From the NCBI GenBank assembly GCA_044229975.1, contig JBGARZ010000006.1, positions 416,001 through 480,000 of the forward strand: a DNA stretch of 64,000 nucleotides, in the 5' to 3' direction. Position 1 is the stretch's first letter, and each line of letters begins with the position of its first letter. Under the pieces are notes generated by a model that was given only the letters and a program-made list of their open reading frames with translations, made no database searches and was not told the DNA's origin. The position numbers and the translations under genes were made by a program. Source of the stretch: Polyangiales bacterium (GTDB lineage Bacteria > Myxococcota_A > Polyangia > Polyangiales > Ga0077539). Below, piece after piece: positions 22,073-30,512 of the stretch.

Positions 22073-23112
22073 GGTTCGGGGCGGCGGCGTGGTTGTGGCT
22101 GCTGGCGCTGGTTCCGCTGCTCGGCGGGCTGATGGCGTATGCGACGTGGGCGCGTCGGCGCGACCTCGCGCGCTTCGGCGACGTGCTGCTGGTGTCGAGC
22201 CTGCGCGACGGATCACCCGCGGGCTGGCGCGCGGCGCGCTCCGTGATGGTGTTGGTGGCGGTGGCGCTGCTCGCGGTGGGCGCGGCGCGTCCGCAGCACG
22301 GGTCGCGCACCGAGGTGGTCGCGCGGCGCGGCATCGACGTGGTGGTGTGCCTCGACGTGTCGAAGTCCATGCTGGCGCGCGACGTGGCGCCGTCGCGCAT
22401 CGAGCGCGCGAAGGCGGAGCTCGAACGACTGCTGACCGAAGAGCCGGGCGACCGCGTGGCGGTGGTGCTCTTCGCGGGCGACACGATGGAGTACCCGTTG
22501 ACGACCGACCACGAGGCGGCGACGCGCTTCTTCCGTGACGCGCACCCGTGGGACTTCCCGGTGCAGGGGACGTCCATCGGCCGGGCCATCTCGGCGGCGA
22601 GGGATCTCTTGCGGCGCGACCCGCTGGCGGCCAGACGGTCGCGGGTGATCCTGCTCATCACGGACGGTGAAGACCTCGACGGCGACCCGGTGGCGGCCGC
22701 GCGCGAGGCGGCGACGGACGGCGTGCAGGTGTACATCGACGCCATCGGGAGCGCGCTGCCGGAGCCCATCCCGGCGTACACGCCCGACGGCCGCATGGCG
22801 GGCTACGAGCGCGACTCGCGCGGCGAGATCAAGCAGACGCAGTTCACGCCGCAGATGGAGCAGCAGCTCCGCAACGTGGCGACCGAAGGACACGGGACGT
22901 ACTTCCGCCCGCGGCAGGGCGAGGTGGGCATCGACGCGATCCGTCGGCAGCTCGCGCGGCTGCGGCGCTCGGAGGTCTCGGAGACGCAGCGCACGGTGTA
23001 CGAAGAGCTGGCGTGGGTGGTGTTGTTCCCGGCGTTCGCGCTGCTGGTGGCGGCCTCGGGGCTGTTGCCGGAGCGGGTGCGGCGGCGCGCGAAGACGGGG
23101 GGTGCGTCGTGA
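22069..23112 (+). CDS. batB: BatB-like vWA domain membrane protein
   Basis: AARPQHG, DVSKSMLARDVAPSRIERAK, PLTTD, ITDGED; GTGA overlap. Confidence 0.85.
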   Translation: MRFGAAAWLWLLALVPLLGGLMAYATWARRRDLARFGDVLLVSSLRDGSPAGWRAARSVMVLVAVALLAVGAARPQHGSRTEVVARRGIDVVVCLDVSKSMLARDVAPSRIERAKAELERLLTEEPGDRVAVVLFAGDTMEYPLTTDHEAATRFFRDAHPWDFPVQGTSIGRAISAARDLLRRDPLAARRSRVILLITDGEDLDGDPVAAAREAATDGVQVYIDAIGSALPEPIPAYTPDGRMAGYERDSRGEIKQTQFTPQMEQQLRNVATEGHGTYFRPRQGEVGIDAIRRQLARLRRSEVSETQRTVYEELAWVVLFPAFALLVAASGLLPERVRRRAKTGGAS

Positions 23113-24008
23113 GGGCGTACGTCGTCGCGGGGGTGATGGCCGTCGGGCTGACGGCGTTTACGGTGTGGGCGTGGCCGCCGCGGGAAGAGCTGGAGCCGCG
23201 CGTGGCGCAGGGCAACGCGGCCTTCGATCAGCGGGAGTTTCCGCAGGCGCTGGGGCACTACGAGTCGGCGCCGGGCGATGGTGCGCGCAACGCCGGGGTG
23301 CACGCGAATCGAGGGCTGGCGAAGTTCAGGGTGTTGCTCGCGCCGGGTGACGGCGGCGTGCTGCCGGAGCTGGTGATGGACGCCGCGGTGCCCGAAGGGT
23401 ACTCCGGGGCACAGGACGAGATCCGCAACGCCGCGCGGGGCATGGCGGGCGCGCCGATGGAGGACATCGAGACGCAGGTTCGCGCGCGGGCGCAGTACAA
23501 CCTGGGCAACACGTACTTCTCGGAGCACTCGTGGCGCAACGCCATCGACGCGTACAAGGAGGCCCTGCGGCTGCGCCCCGGATGGGTCGACGCCGCGTGG
23601 AACCTCGACCTCGCGCGACGTCGCAAGGACGAAGAAGACCACCCCGACGCGGGGCCCGATGCGGGCCAGGACGCGAGCCAGGACGCGCCGCCGGGTGACA
23701 ACCCACCGAGCGACGCGCCGCCGAGCGACGGCAGCAGCGGCGGTGATGGTGGCGGTCCGGGCGACGGCGGCGGACAGCAGGGAGACAGCGGGTCCAACGG
23801 CGGCGACAGCGGCGCCAGCGGAGACAGCGGGTCCAACGGCGGCGAGCCCGATGGGGGCGCCGACCAGCAGCAGGACGCGTCGGCGCCACCGCCGCCGCAG
23901 TCGCTCGCGCCGCTCGATCAGCTGGAGCGCAACGCGCAGGACCTGCAGCAGATGATGCTGCGACGGCGCGCGGGTCAGACGCCGCGCAATCCGGACGACG
24001 AGCGGTAG
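23109..24008 (+). CDS. batC: BatC-like TPR protein with Gly/Asp-rich tail
   Basis: GNAAFDQREFPQALGHY, AQYNLGNTYF...AIDAYKEALRLRP...AAWNLDLA. Confidence 0.75.
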   Translation: MRAYVVAGVMAVGLTAFTVWAWPPREELEPRVAQGNAAFDQREFPQALGHYESAPGDGARNAGVHANRGLAKFRVLLAPGDGGVLPELVMDAAVPEGYSGAQDEIRNAARGMAGAPMEDIETQVRARAQYNLGNTYFSEHSWRNAIDAYKEALRLRPGWVDAAWNLDLARRRKDEEDHPDAGPDAGQDASQDAPPGDNPPSDAPPSDGSSGGDGGGPGDGGGQQGDSGSNGGDSGASGDSGSNGGEPDGGADQQQDASAPPPPQSLAPLDQLERNAQDLQQMMLRRRAGQTPRNPDDER

Positions 24009-24009
24009 C

Positions 24010-24573
24010 TCACGGCACGGCGCGCAGGTCGCCGATGGGCACGCTGCCCTGGGCCATCGTCCCCTCGTTGGACACCGCGTCGCCGACGATCGCCGCGCGC
24101 CACGTCATCATTCGCTGCCCCTCCAACTGGTAGACGAAGAACACCCACTCCCCCTCGGCCGGCACCTCCTGCTGCGCTGACGTCGTCAGGCCCGAGGACC
24201 CGCCCGCCGGGCACCCGAGGTAGTCGACCACGGAGTCCCGCCCGGTGCGGCTCACGATGTCCACCGCCGAAGGCGCCGCCCCGCCGAGCGCATCCGTCAC
24301 GCGCACCGTCGCCCCGAGCCGCTGGCTCACCAGCGTGAAGTTCGCGCCCACCATCACGCGAACGGGCGGCAGCGATCGACGCTCGCCCACCACCACGCCA
24401 CGAAACACCAGTCCTCCGACGCGCCGGACGTCCCGCGCCAGCCCTGCGACGCTCTCGGGCGGCGGCGCGGGAGACGCTGACACGTTGCTCGCGAGGCTCT
24501 CGTCGCACACCCCGCCCGCGTCGCCGCACCCCAACGCGCCCAGGGCCACCATCACCGCCGCGGTTCGCATCAT
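24010..24573 (-). CDS. Hypothetical lipoprotein
   Basis: Lipobox ALGC after hydrophobic leader. Confidence 0.65.
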   Translation of the reverse strand: MMRTAAVMVALGALGCGDAGGVCDESLASNVSASPAPPPESVAGLARDVRRVGGLVFRGVVVGERRSLPPVRVMVGANFTLVSQRLGATVRVTDALGGAAPSAVDIVSRTGRDSVVDYLGCPAGGSSGLTTSAQQEVPAEGEWVFFVYQLEGQRMMTWRAAIVGDAVSNEGTMAQGSVPIGDLRAVP

Positions 24574-24582
24574 CGCGCGAGA

Positions 24583-25359
24583 CTACCCCCGCGCTGTCAG
24601 CCCGTTGCGCGCGAGGTACCGCTTCGCCGCGAACCACATGACCCACGCCACCACCGCCGCGCCCACCGTCGCGGGCGTCTGCCGCGTCACCGCGAAATAG
24701 AACGCCACCCAGAACACCGCCGCGAAGGCCAGCCCGGCCCCGAAGCGCCGCTTCTCTCCCGCCGACACCGCGGGCACTGGTGACGGTGCCACCTCCGTCT
24801 TCTTCGCCGTCTTGATCACGCCGTCGACCACCACGAGACGACCGTCGCGCAGCTTCGCGGCGAGCTCGTCGAAGTAGGTCGTGAGGTCGGGCGCGATGAC
24901 GGTGCGCTCCCAGTTCTTCGCCGACACGCGAATCACCTGACCGGCGGTTCCGCCATCGGGTGGGTCAAGGTCGAGGCAGTAGAAGTCACTCGCGCCACCG
25001 AGGAGGGCGAAGGGAATCCAGCGGCGGTTCCAGTACTGCGCGCGCACGTGGCCGACCGCGGGGGCGACGTTGCGCTCGCCCGAGTAGTGCGCGTCGAGCT
25101 GCGCGATCATCTCGTCGCGCTCCGACACGATGGCCGCGAGCGGCAGGTACTGAACCATCGGAAACAGGTACTCGCTCCCGCCGAACTCCTCGCCATCGTG
25201 TTCACGCCAGGTCGCACGAAACGCATCGGGTAACGCGACCCCGAGGCTCTCCTCGAAGCGTCGCAGCGCCTCCTCGTCGACGGGGACTCCGAGGCGTTCG
25301 AGCCCGCTGGGAAGGTGCTCGCGCATCCACGCTTCGATTGGTCGCCAGGACATCGCCAC
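24583..25359 (-). CDS. SMI1/KNR4 (SUKH) family protein with two C-terminal TM helices
   Basis: WRPIEAW...FEESLGVALPDAFRATWREHDGE...WNRRWIPFA...CLDLDPPDGGTAGQVI. Confidence 0.85.
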   Translation of the reverse strand: MAMSWRPIEAWMREHLPSGLERLGVPVDEEALRRFEESLGVALPDAFRATWREHDGEEFGGSEYLFPMVQYLPLAAIVSERDEMIAQLDAHYSGERNVAPAVGHVRAQYWNRRWIPFALLGGASDFYCLDLDPPDGGTAGQVIRVSAKNWERTVIAPDLTTYFDELAAKLRDGRLVVVDGVIKTAKKTEVAPSPVPAVSAGEKRRFGAGLAFAAVFWVAFYFAVTRQTPATVGAAVVAWVMWFAAKRYLARNGLTARG

Positions 25360-25443
25360 GGCGCTACACCCACGCCCGCCGCGCGGTCAACGCACCCGGC
25401 GGCGCCCCTCGCGCATCCACACATCCACTACGCTGTGAGCCCG

Positions 25444-26037
25444 ATGACCTCCGACGCCATCCGCCTCCTCGGCGCGCCCTTCCGCGGGTACGCCGAGCTC
25501 GCCGCGCAGGGCGATGCCCTCCACGCCCGCGCGCTCCCGTGGCGCCTCCTCGGCGTGCTCGGCGTCGTCGCGACCTTCGTCTCCATCACCACGTCCGGGC
25601 ACATCGTCCTCGCGCACCTCGCGTGGTCGGTGCTCGCGTGGGCCTTCCTCCCAGCGCTGCAATCCGTCGCGCTCGCGGTCGCGCTCCGCGGCGTCGCACC
25701 CGACCGCTCCCGTCGCGCGGCCTTCTCGCTGCTCCTGCTCGGCGCTACCCCGTGGCTGCTGTTGCTCCTCAGCCTCGCGGGCGTCTGCCTGTTCGCGCCC
25801 TCCGTCTCCGCTGTGATGCTCACCCTGCTACGCACGGGCGCGCTCCCCGTCGCGGTGCTCGTCGCGCTGCTGTGGGCGATGACGCTCACCGTCGCGATGT
25901 TTCGCGCGGGCCTGGGCCTGTCGCGGCGCGCCACCGCCGTCTGCGCGCTGCGCTACTACGCGCTGCTCGCGTCGATGATCATCGGCTACTACGTCGCCGT
26001 CGGGGAGCTGCTGCCGCTGCTGGGGGTGTTCCCGTGA
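25444..26037 (+). CDS. Multi-pass membrane protein
   Basis: About five hydrophobic segments; GTGA overlap with next gene. Confidence 0.65.
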   Translation: MTSDAIRLLGAPFRGYAELAAQGDALHARALPWRLLGVLGVVATFVSITTSGHIVLAHLAWSVLAWAFLPALQSVALAVALRGVAPDRSRRAAFSLLLLGATPWLLLLLSLAGVCLFAPSVSAVMLTLLRTGALPVAVLVALLWAMTLTVAMFRAGLGLSRRATAVCALRYYALLASMIIGYYVAVGELLPLLGVFP

Positions 26038-26927
26038 GGGCGCCGTGGATCGTCGCCGCGGGTTGCTTCGCGCTCGGTGTGATTGGCGGATCGCTCTACG
26101 ACCATCGCGACGTCGCGGCGCCCGCGCGACGCGGCGAGTGGCTGGTGCTGGAGGGGGACTTCCACGCGCACACGCGCTTCAGCGACGGGTTTCTGTCGCC
26201 GCCGGAGCTGGTCATGCATGCGCGTCGGCGAGGGCTGCACGTGCTGGCGGTGACGGAGCACAACCTGGTGTTCCCAGCGAAGATCGCGCGGTGGTTCGCG
26301 CGGGCGACGGGGTCGCTGCCGGTGATCATCGTGGGAGAAGAGGTGACCACCGCGGGCTACCACGTGCACGGCATCGGGCTGGAGCGGGCGGTGGTTCCGA
26401 CGCGGGACATCGGGCCGGTGATCGACGCGGTGCACGCGCAGGGGGGACTGGTGATCGCGGCGCACCCGACGCGACGGTTCTGGTCGACGCTGGTTCCGGT
26501 GCGCGACCGCATGGACGGAACGGAGGTGATGCACCCCATCGCCTTCCAGGCGGCGCGTAGCGGGTGGCGGTGGGAAGACCTGCGCGACTACTACGTCGAC
26601 GGCAACCGCGGGGCGCACCGGCTGACGGCCATCGGCGCGTCGGACTACCACTTCTTCAGCCCGCTCGGGCTGTGTCGCACGCTGGTGTTCGCGCGCGAGG
26701 CGAGCGAGGCGTCGGTGATGGAGGCGCTGCGGGCGGGGCGCACCGTGGTGTACGACCGCGACGGCCACGCGTGGGGTGACCCGGCGATGGCGGTGCTGCT
26801 GGAGCGCGAGCCGTACCGGGCGGGACCGCGCGACGATGGGTACGCGACGCGAGGGTGGTTGGACGGGGTGCTGCGGGTGCTCGGATGGCTGGGCGCTGTC
26901 GGGATGCTGGTGCTGCGCCGGAAGTGA
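26034..26927 (+). CDS. PHP-domain metal-dependent phosphoesterase, membrane-anchored
   Basis: GDFHAHTRFSDG, TEHN, GEEVTT, AAHP, GASDYH. Confidence 0.85.
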   Translation: MRAPWIVAAGCFALGVIGGSLYDHRDVAAPARRGEWLVLEGDFHAHTRFSDGFLSPPELVMHARRRGLHVLAVTEHNLVFPAKIARWFARATGSLPVIIVGEEVTTAGYHVHGIGLERAVVPTRDIGPVIDAVHAQGGLVIAAHPTRRFWSTLVPVRDRMDGTEVMHPIAFQAARSGWRWEDLRDYYVDGNRGAHRLTAIGASDYHFFSPLGLCRTLVFAREASEASVMEALRAGRTVVYDRDGHAWGDPAMAVLLEREPYRAGPRDDGYATRGWLDGVLRVLGWLGAVGMLVLRRK

Positions 26928-27061
26928 CGATGGGTTGGGACGACGTGAGCTGTTCCGCCGCCACTCCCGCCGCCACCCCCGCCGCCACCCCCGCCACCCC
27001 TGCAACGACGGCGTTTCTCGGTGAGTCTCGCTGGCACGCGCCGCGCTCTGGGAGTGCGGTG

Positions 27062-27979
27062 ATGGCGACGCCGTTCGACAGCCTGGCGAAGGAGATCCTC
27101 GACGTGCTGTTGCACGACCTCGGTCAACTGGAGACCGAAGTGGACGTGCCCGCGCTCGCGTCGCAACGCTCGGACGCATTCTTCGTCCCCGACCCGTTGC
27201 GGGACGACGAGCGTCGCGCGTTGGGGCTGCTCGGTCGCATCACGGCGGTGGCCGCGCTGCTGGAGCCCTTCCACGGAGCGCCGAGCCTGGACGACGTGTT
27301 CGCGTGCTTGCGCAAGATGCTCAACCACCGCCACGCGATGCTGTTGGCGAAGCGTCCCGTGGCAGAGCGCGCGTGGTTGTTCTGCGGCAGGCGCCCCGAC
27401 GCGGCTCTTCGCGCGCTGGGTGCCGTGCCCGCACCTGGGTGGCCTTCGGGCGTCTATCACTTGAGCGTGGGGATGCCGATGTCCTTCGTGGTGCTCTCGG
27501 AGCTGGAGCAGACCGACGACACGTTGCCGCTCCGACTCATGGGCTCCGGTGCGACGCTGACGTCAGCCCTGCGAACACTGCGCGAGCGCTACGGCGTGTT
27601 GCCGCGTGGGCGTGCGCTGTTCGCTGAGGTGGTACAAGTGTTCCTGGCGGCGCGGAAGCGCGGCGAGCGACTCACGGAGGAGTTCATGGTCGATCTCACC
27701 GAAGCCTACGAGTACATGGATCGCCAGCACGAAGAGGGCCTCCAGAAGGGCCTCCAAAGGGGCCTCCAGAAGGGCCGCGAGGAAGGCCGCGAGGAAGGTC
27801 ATGAGGAGGGAGCCCGCGCGGTGCTGGCCCGCCTCACAGAGCTGAAGCTGGCGCGCCCGCTGACCGACGCCGAGCGCGCCGTGATGCTCCGTCGGCTCGA
27901 CCTCGACGGCGTCGAGGCCGTAGGTGTGGCCCTGCTGTCTCTCGATCGCGACGCCCTCGCGAGCTGGCTCACCGGGTAA
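27062..27979 (+). CDS. Rpn/YhgA-like PD-(D/E)xK-fold protein with xxEG/xxKG tetrapeptide repeats
   Basis: FDSLAKEIL...ETEV...RSDAFF...LLEPF N-terminus; VVLSELEQTDDTLPLRLMGSG; HEEGLQKGLQRGLQKGREEGREEGHEEG. Confidence 0.75.
   Translation: MATPFDSLAKEILDVLLHDLGQLETEVDVPALASQRSDAFFVPDPLRDDERRALGLLGRITAVAALLEPFHGAPSLDDVFACLRKMLNHRHAMLLAKRPVAERAWLFCGRRPDAALRALGAVPAPGWPSGVYHLSVGMPMSFVVLSELEQTDDTLPLRLMGSGATLTSALRTLRERYGVLPRGRALFAEVVQVFLAARKRGERLTEEFMVDLTEAYEYMDRQHEEGLQKGLQRGLQKGREEGREEGHEEGARAVLARLTELKLARPLTDAERAVMLRRLDLDGVEAVGVALLSLDRDALASWLTG
27686..27979 (+). CDS. Putative in-frame nested small protein (RpnS-like, 97 aa)
   Basis: GGAGG at 27676-27680 followed 5 nt later by in-frame ATG (MVDLTEAYEYMDRQHEEG...). 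Confidence 0.5.
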   Translation: MVDLTEAYEYMDRQHEEGLQKGLQRGLQKGREEGREEGHEEGARAVLARLTELKLARPLTDAERAVMLRRLDLDGVEAVGVALLSLDRDALASWLTG

Positions 27980-28070
27980 CCATCTCGTTTGAGGCCCTCA
28001 CGCATCGCCAGCCTCACCGACGACAGAGAGGCGGGTTGTCGCTGTCAGCGGTCGCGCCTACGTCCCGCTC

Positions 28071-28604
28071 ATGGATCGGGGAGAAACCCTGTGGGGCCAT
28101 CACCCGCTGCACCGCAGCACGCGTGACCCCGCCGACATCGATTGGATCTACGTCGACTCGCTCGCCGTCTTCGAGGTCGATGACGGCGCGATGCTGGCGC
28201 TCCTGGGAGAGCCCGACATTCCGTTGGCGTCGGAGCACGGCGCTGACCGCTACGACGCGTGGCTCCGCACCTGCCCGTGTGGCCTGGAGCTCATCATCAA
28301 GCACGACCCCCGCGACCGTCTCGCCTGGTACGTCTCGGCGAGCGACCCCGACGTCGACCACGTGCTCCACCACGCCGCACTGCCTGGTCGCCTCCACTGG
28401 CGTGCTGATGAGGACCCGCACCTGATCCCGTTGCTGCGCGTCGAGCCGTGGCTGCTCCGCCGCTACGACGACAACGGCCAGCACTTCGACGTGCACGTCT
28501 TCGCCTCGCAGCTCGCCGCCGAGTGCTCGCTGCGCACCTTCGAGGCCCGCGGTCATCGCCAGACCTACGTCGTCGAGCGCGTCGACGTCGCGACCGCCGA
28601 GTGA
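28071..28604 (+). CDS. Hypothetical protein with C-terminal RxDDNG...RGHxQTY small domain
   Basis: C-terminal LRRYDDNGQHFDV...FEARGHRQTYVVER resembles a small conserved bacterial domain often annotated SPOR-like. Confidence 0.6.
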   Translation: MDRGETLWGHHPLHRSTRDPADIDWIYVDSLAVFEVDDGAMLALLGEPDIPLASEHGADRYDAWLRTCPCGLELIIKHDPRDRLAWYVSASDPDVDHVLHHAALPGRLHWRADEDPHLIPLLRVEPWLLRRYDDNGQHFDVHVFASQLAAECSLRTFEARGHRQTYVVERVDVATAE

Positions 28605-28625
28605 CCTGCGTTACCCTCTGCGCCC

Positions 28626-28964
28626 ATGATCGTCGAGACGCCGAAGCCCAATGCCTTCTGTGAGACCGTTCTCTCGTGGCGCCACGAGGATGGCACCGAG
28701 ACGCCCATCACCGAGGTCTATGTCGGCCCCGAGGAGTACTCCTCCGTCGGCCCCTTCTTCGGCCACAGCTTCGACTGGGTGCTCTACAACCACTCACCGC
28801 TCAAGCTCGTGGTGCGTCGCTGGAAGACCCGCAGCGGCTACCCCGACACCGAGAACGAGCGCGAGTACCTCTCCCTCACCATCTACCTCAGCGCGGACTT
28901 CGGCCGCACGTGGCGCGAGCAGCACAGCGAGTCGCTCGGCGCCTACGTCGCGTCCAGCAAGTAG
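28626..28964 (+). CDS. Hypothetical protein
   Basis: ATG-initiated 112-aa ORF with good codon usage in a same-strand run. Confidence 0.6.
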   Translation: MIVETPKPNAFCETVLSWRHEDGTETPITEVYVGPEEYSSVGPFFGHSFDWVLYNHSPLKLVVRRWKTRSGYPDTENEREYLSLTIYLSADFGRTWREQHSESLGAYVASSK

Positions 28965-28979
28965 CCCACTGCTCCTCCG

Positions 28980-29699
28980 ATGCCCTCTCGCGTCGTCCAC
29001 CAGACCGACGGCGTCGCCTGGATCGCCGCCAACCCGCTGCCGGCCGACCACGCCGTCGTCACGTCGCTGCCCGACCTCTCCGAAGTCCCATCGCTCGGCG
29101 CCGATGGGTGGCGCCGGTGGTTCGTCGACGCCGCCGCGCTCGCGTGTCGACAGGTCGCCGATGAGGGCGTGGTGGTGTTCTTCCAGACCGACGTGAAGCG
29201 CGAGGGCCGCTGGGTCGACAAGGGCTTCCTCGTGAGCCTCGGCGCCGAAGCCGCTGGATCACACCTGCTCTGGCACAAGGTCGTCTGCCGCGCTCCGCCC
29301 GCAACCGCCACCCCCGGGCGACCCGGATGGGCCCACCTGATGTGCTTCTCCCGCGCGCTCCGACTGGACACCGCCGGATCGACCGCCGACGTGCTCCCGC
29401 GCCTCGGCGAGATGACCTGGGCCCGCGCCATGGGCGTCGAGGCCTGCGAGGTGACGTGCCGCTTTCTGTTGGAACGCACGGTCGCCCGCACGGTGGTCGA
29501 CCCGTTCTGCGGCGTCGGGACGATGCTCGCCGTGGCCAACGCCTACGGGCTCGACGCGGTCGGGGTCGAGCTCTCCGCGAAGCGCGCCGAGCAGGCGCGG
29601 AGGCTCGTCGTCGATGTCACCGCGAAGGGCGATGGCCTCCCGACGGACAATGGCGATACGCTCCGCGACGATGACAGGGCGAACGTTCGCGATCGGTGA
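28980..29699 (+). CDS. SAM-dependent methyltransferase (N4/N6 DNA-methylase-like fold)
   Basis: VVTSLPD and VVDPFCGVGT motif I, GVELS. Confidence 0.75.
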   Translation: MPSRVVHQTDGVAWIAANPLPADHAVVTSLPDLSEVPSLGADGWRRWFVDAAALACRQVADEGVVVFFQTDVKREGRWVDKGFLVSLGAEAAGSHLLWHKVVCRAPPATATPGRPGWAHLMCFSRALRLDTAGSTADVLPRLGEMTWARAMGVEACEVTCRFLLERTVARTVVDPFCGVGTMLAVANAYGLDAVGVELSAKRAEQARRLVVDVTAKGDGLPTDNGDTLRDDDRANVRDR

Positions 29700-30414
29700 C
29701 ATCCACGGCGAGCTCGACGAGCTGCGCACGCTCTTCTCACGGATGCCCAACGTGGGGCGAGACGACACCGTGGTGTTCATGGGGGACTACGTCGACCGCG
29801 GGCTGAGCTCGCGGCAGGTGGTGGAGGTCGTGCGCGGCCTCGACCACGACCGCGGCTGCAAGGTCGTGTGCCTGCGTGGCAACCACGAAGACGCGTGGCT
29901 CAAGGTCATCGACGAGGGCTGGCCGGGCTTCGTGCTGCCGCCGAGCAACGGGTGCGTCGCGACCATGTGCTCGTACACGGGCGACGACCCGAGCGACCCG
30001 CAGACACCCGAGCGGGTGCGCGCGCTGCTGACGGGGTCGTTCTTCCCCGACGAGGTCATCGCGTGGTTTCGCGCGCTGCCCATCTGGTACGAAGACGAGC
30101 ACGCCATCTACGTGCACGCGGGCATCCACCCCGACGAGAGCGGGCAGTACCCGCACCCCCGCGACGCCGAAAACCCCTCGACGCTGCTGTGGACGCGCAC
30201 CGAGGCGTTCTTCCGCAACTACCGCGGCAAGCGCGTCATCGTCGGCCACACCCACACGATGGACCTCCCGCAAGAACTCTCCACGTACACCGTCGACGAC
30301 CCGACCGACCTCTGGGCAGGCCCCGCCGTCACGGCCATCGACACCGGCTGCGGCCGCGGCGGGTTTCTCACCGCGGTGGAGCTGCCCTCCATGACGGTCT
30401 ACGAGTCGCGCTGA
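29671..30414 (+). CDS. Metallophosphoesterase, PPP/ApaH-like Ser/Thr phosphatase
   Basis: GDIHG, GDYVDRG, LRGNHE, VHAG, GHT, IDTGCG. Confidence 0.92.
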   Translation: MTGRTFAIGDIHGELDELRTLFSRMPNVGRDDTVVFMGDYVDRGLSSRQVVEVVRGLDHDRGCKVVCLRGNHEDAWLKVIDEGWPGFVLPPSNGCVATMCSYTGDDPSDPQTPERVRALLTGSFFPDEVIAWFRALPIWYEDEHAIYVHAGIHPDESGQYPHPRDAENPSTLLWTRTEAFFRNYRGKRVIVGHTHTMDLPQELSTYTVDDPTDLWAGPAVTAIDTGCGRGGFLTAVELPSMTVYESR

Positions 30415-30512
30415 AACCCCCGACCGCCCAGCATGACGGGCGCCGGGCTGCGGTGTAGACGTCGCATTTCGCGGTTGTCTAGGGCGGAATCGTGGGGATA
30501 GCGTCCCGACCC

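Noticed and set aside
27062..27979. IS transposase
   Set aside because: No DDE/HUH motifs, terminal inverted repeats or target duplication; Rpn-like proteins are often mislabelled transposases.
28980..29699. Restriction-modification system
   Set aside because: Catalytic motif is non-canonical and no adjacent endonuclease or specificity gene was seen.
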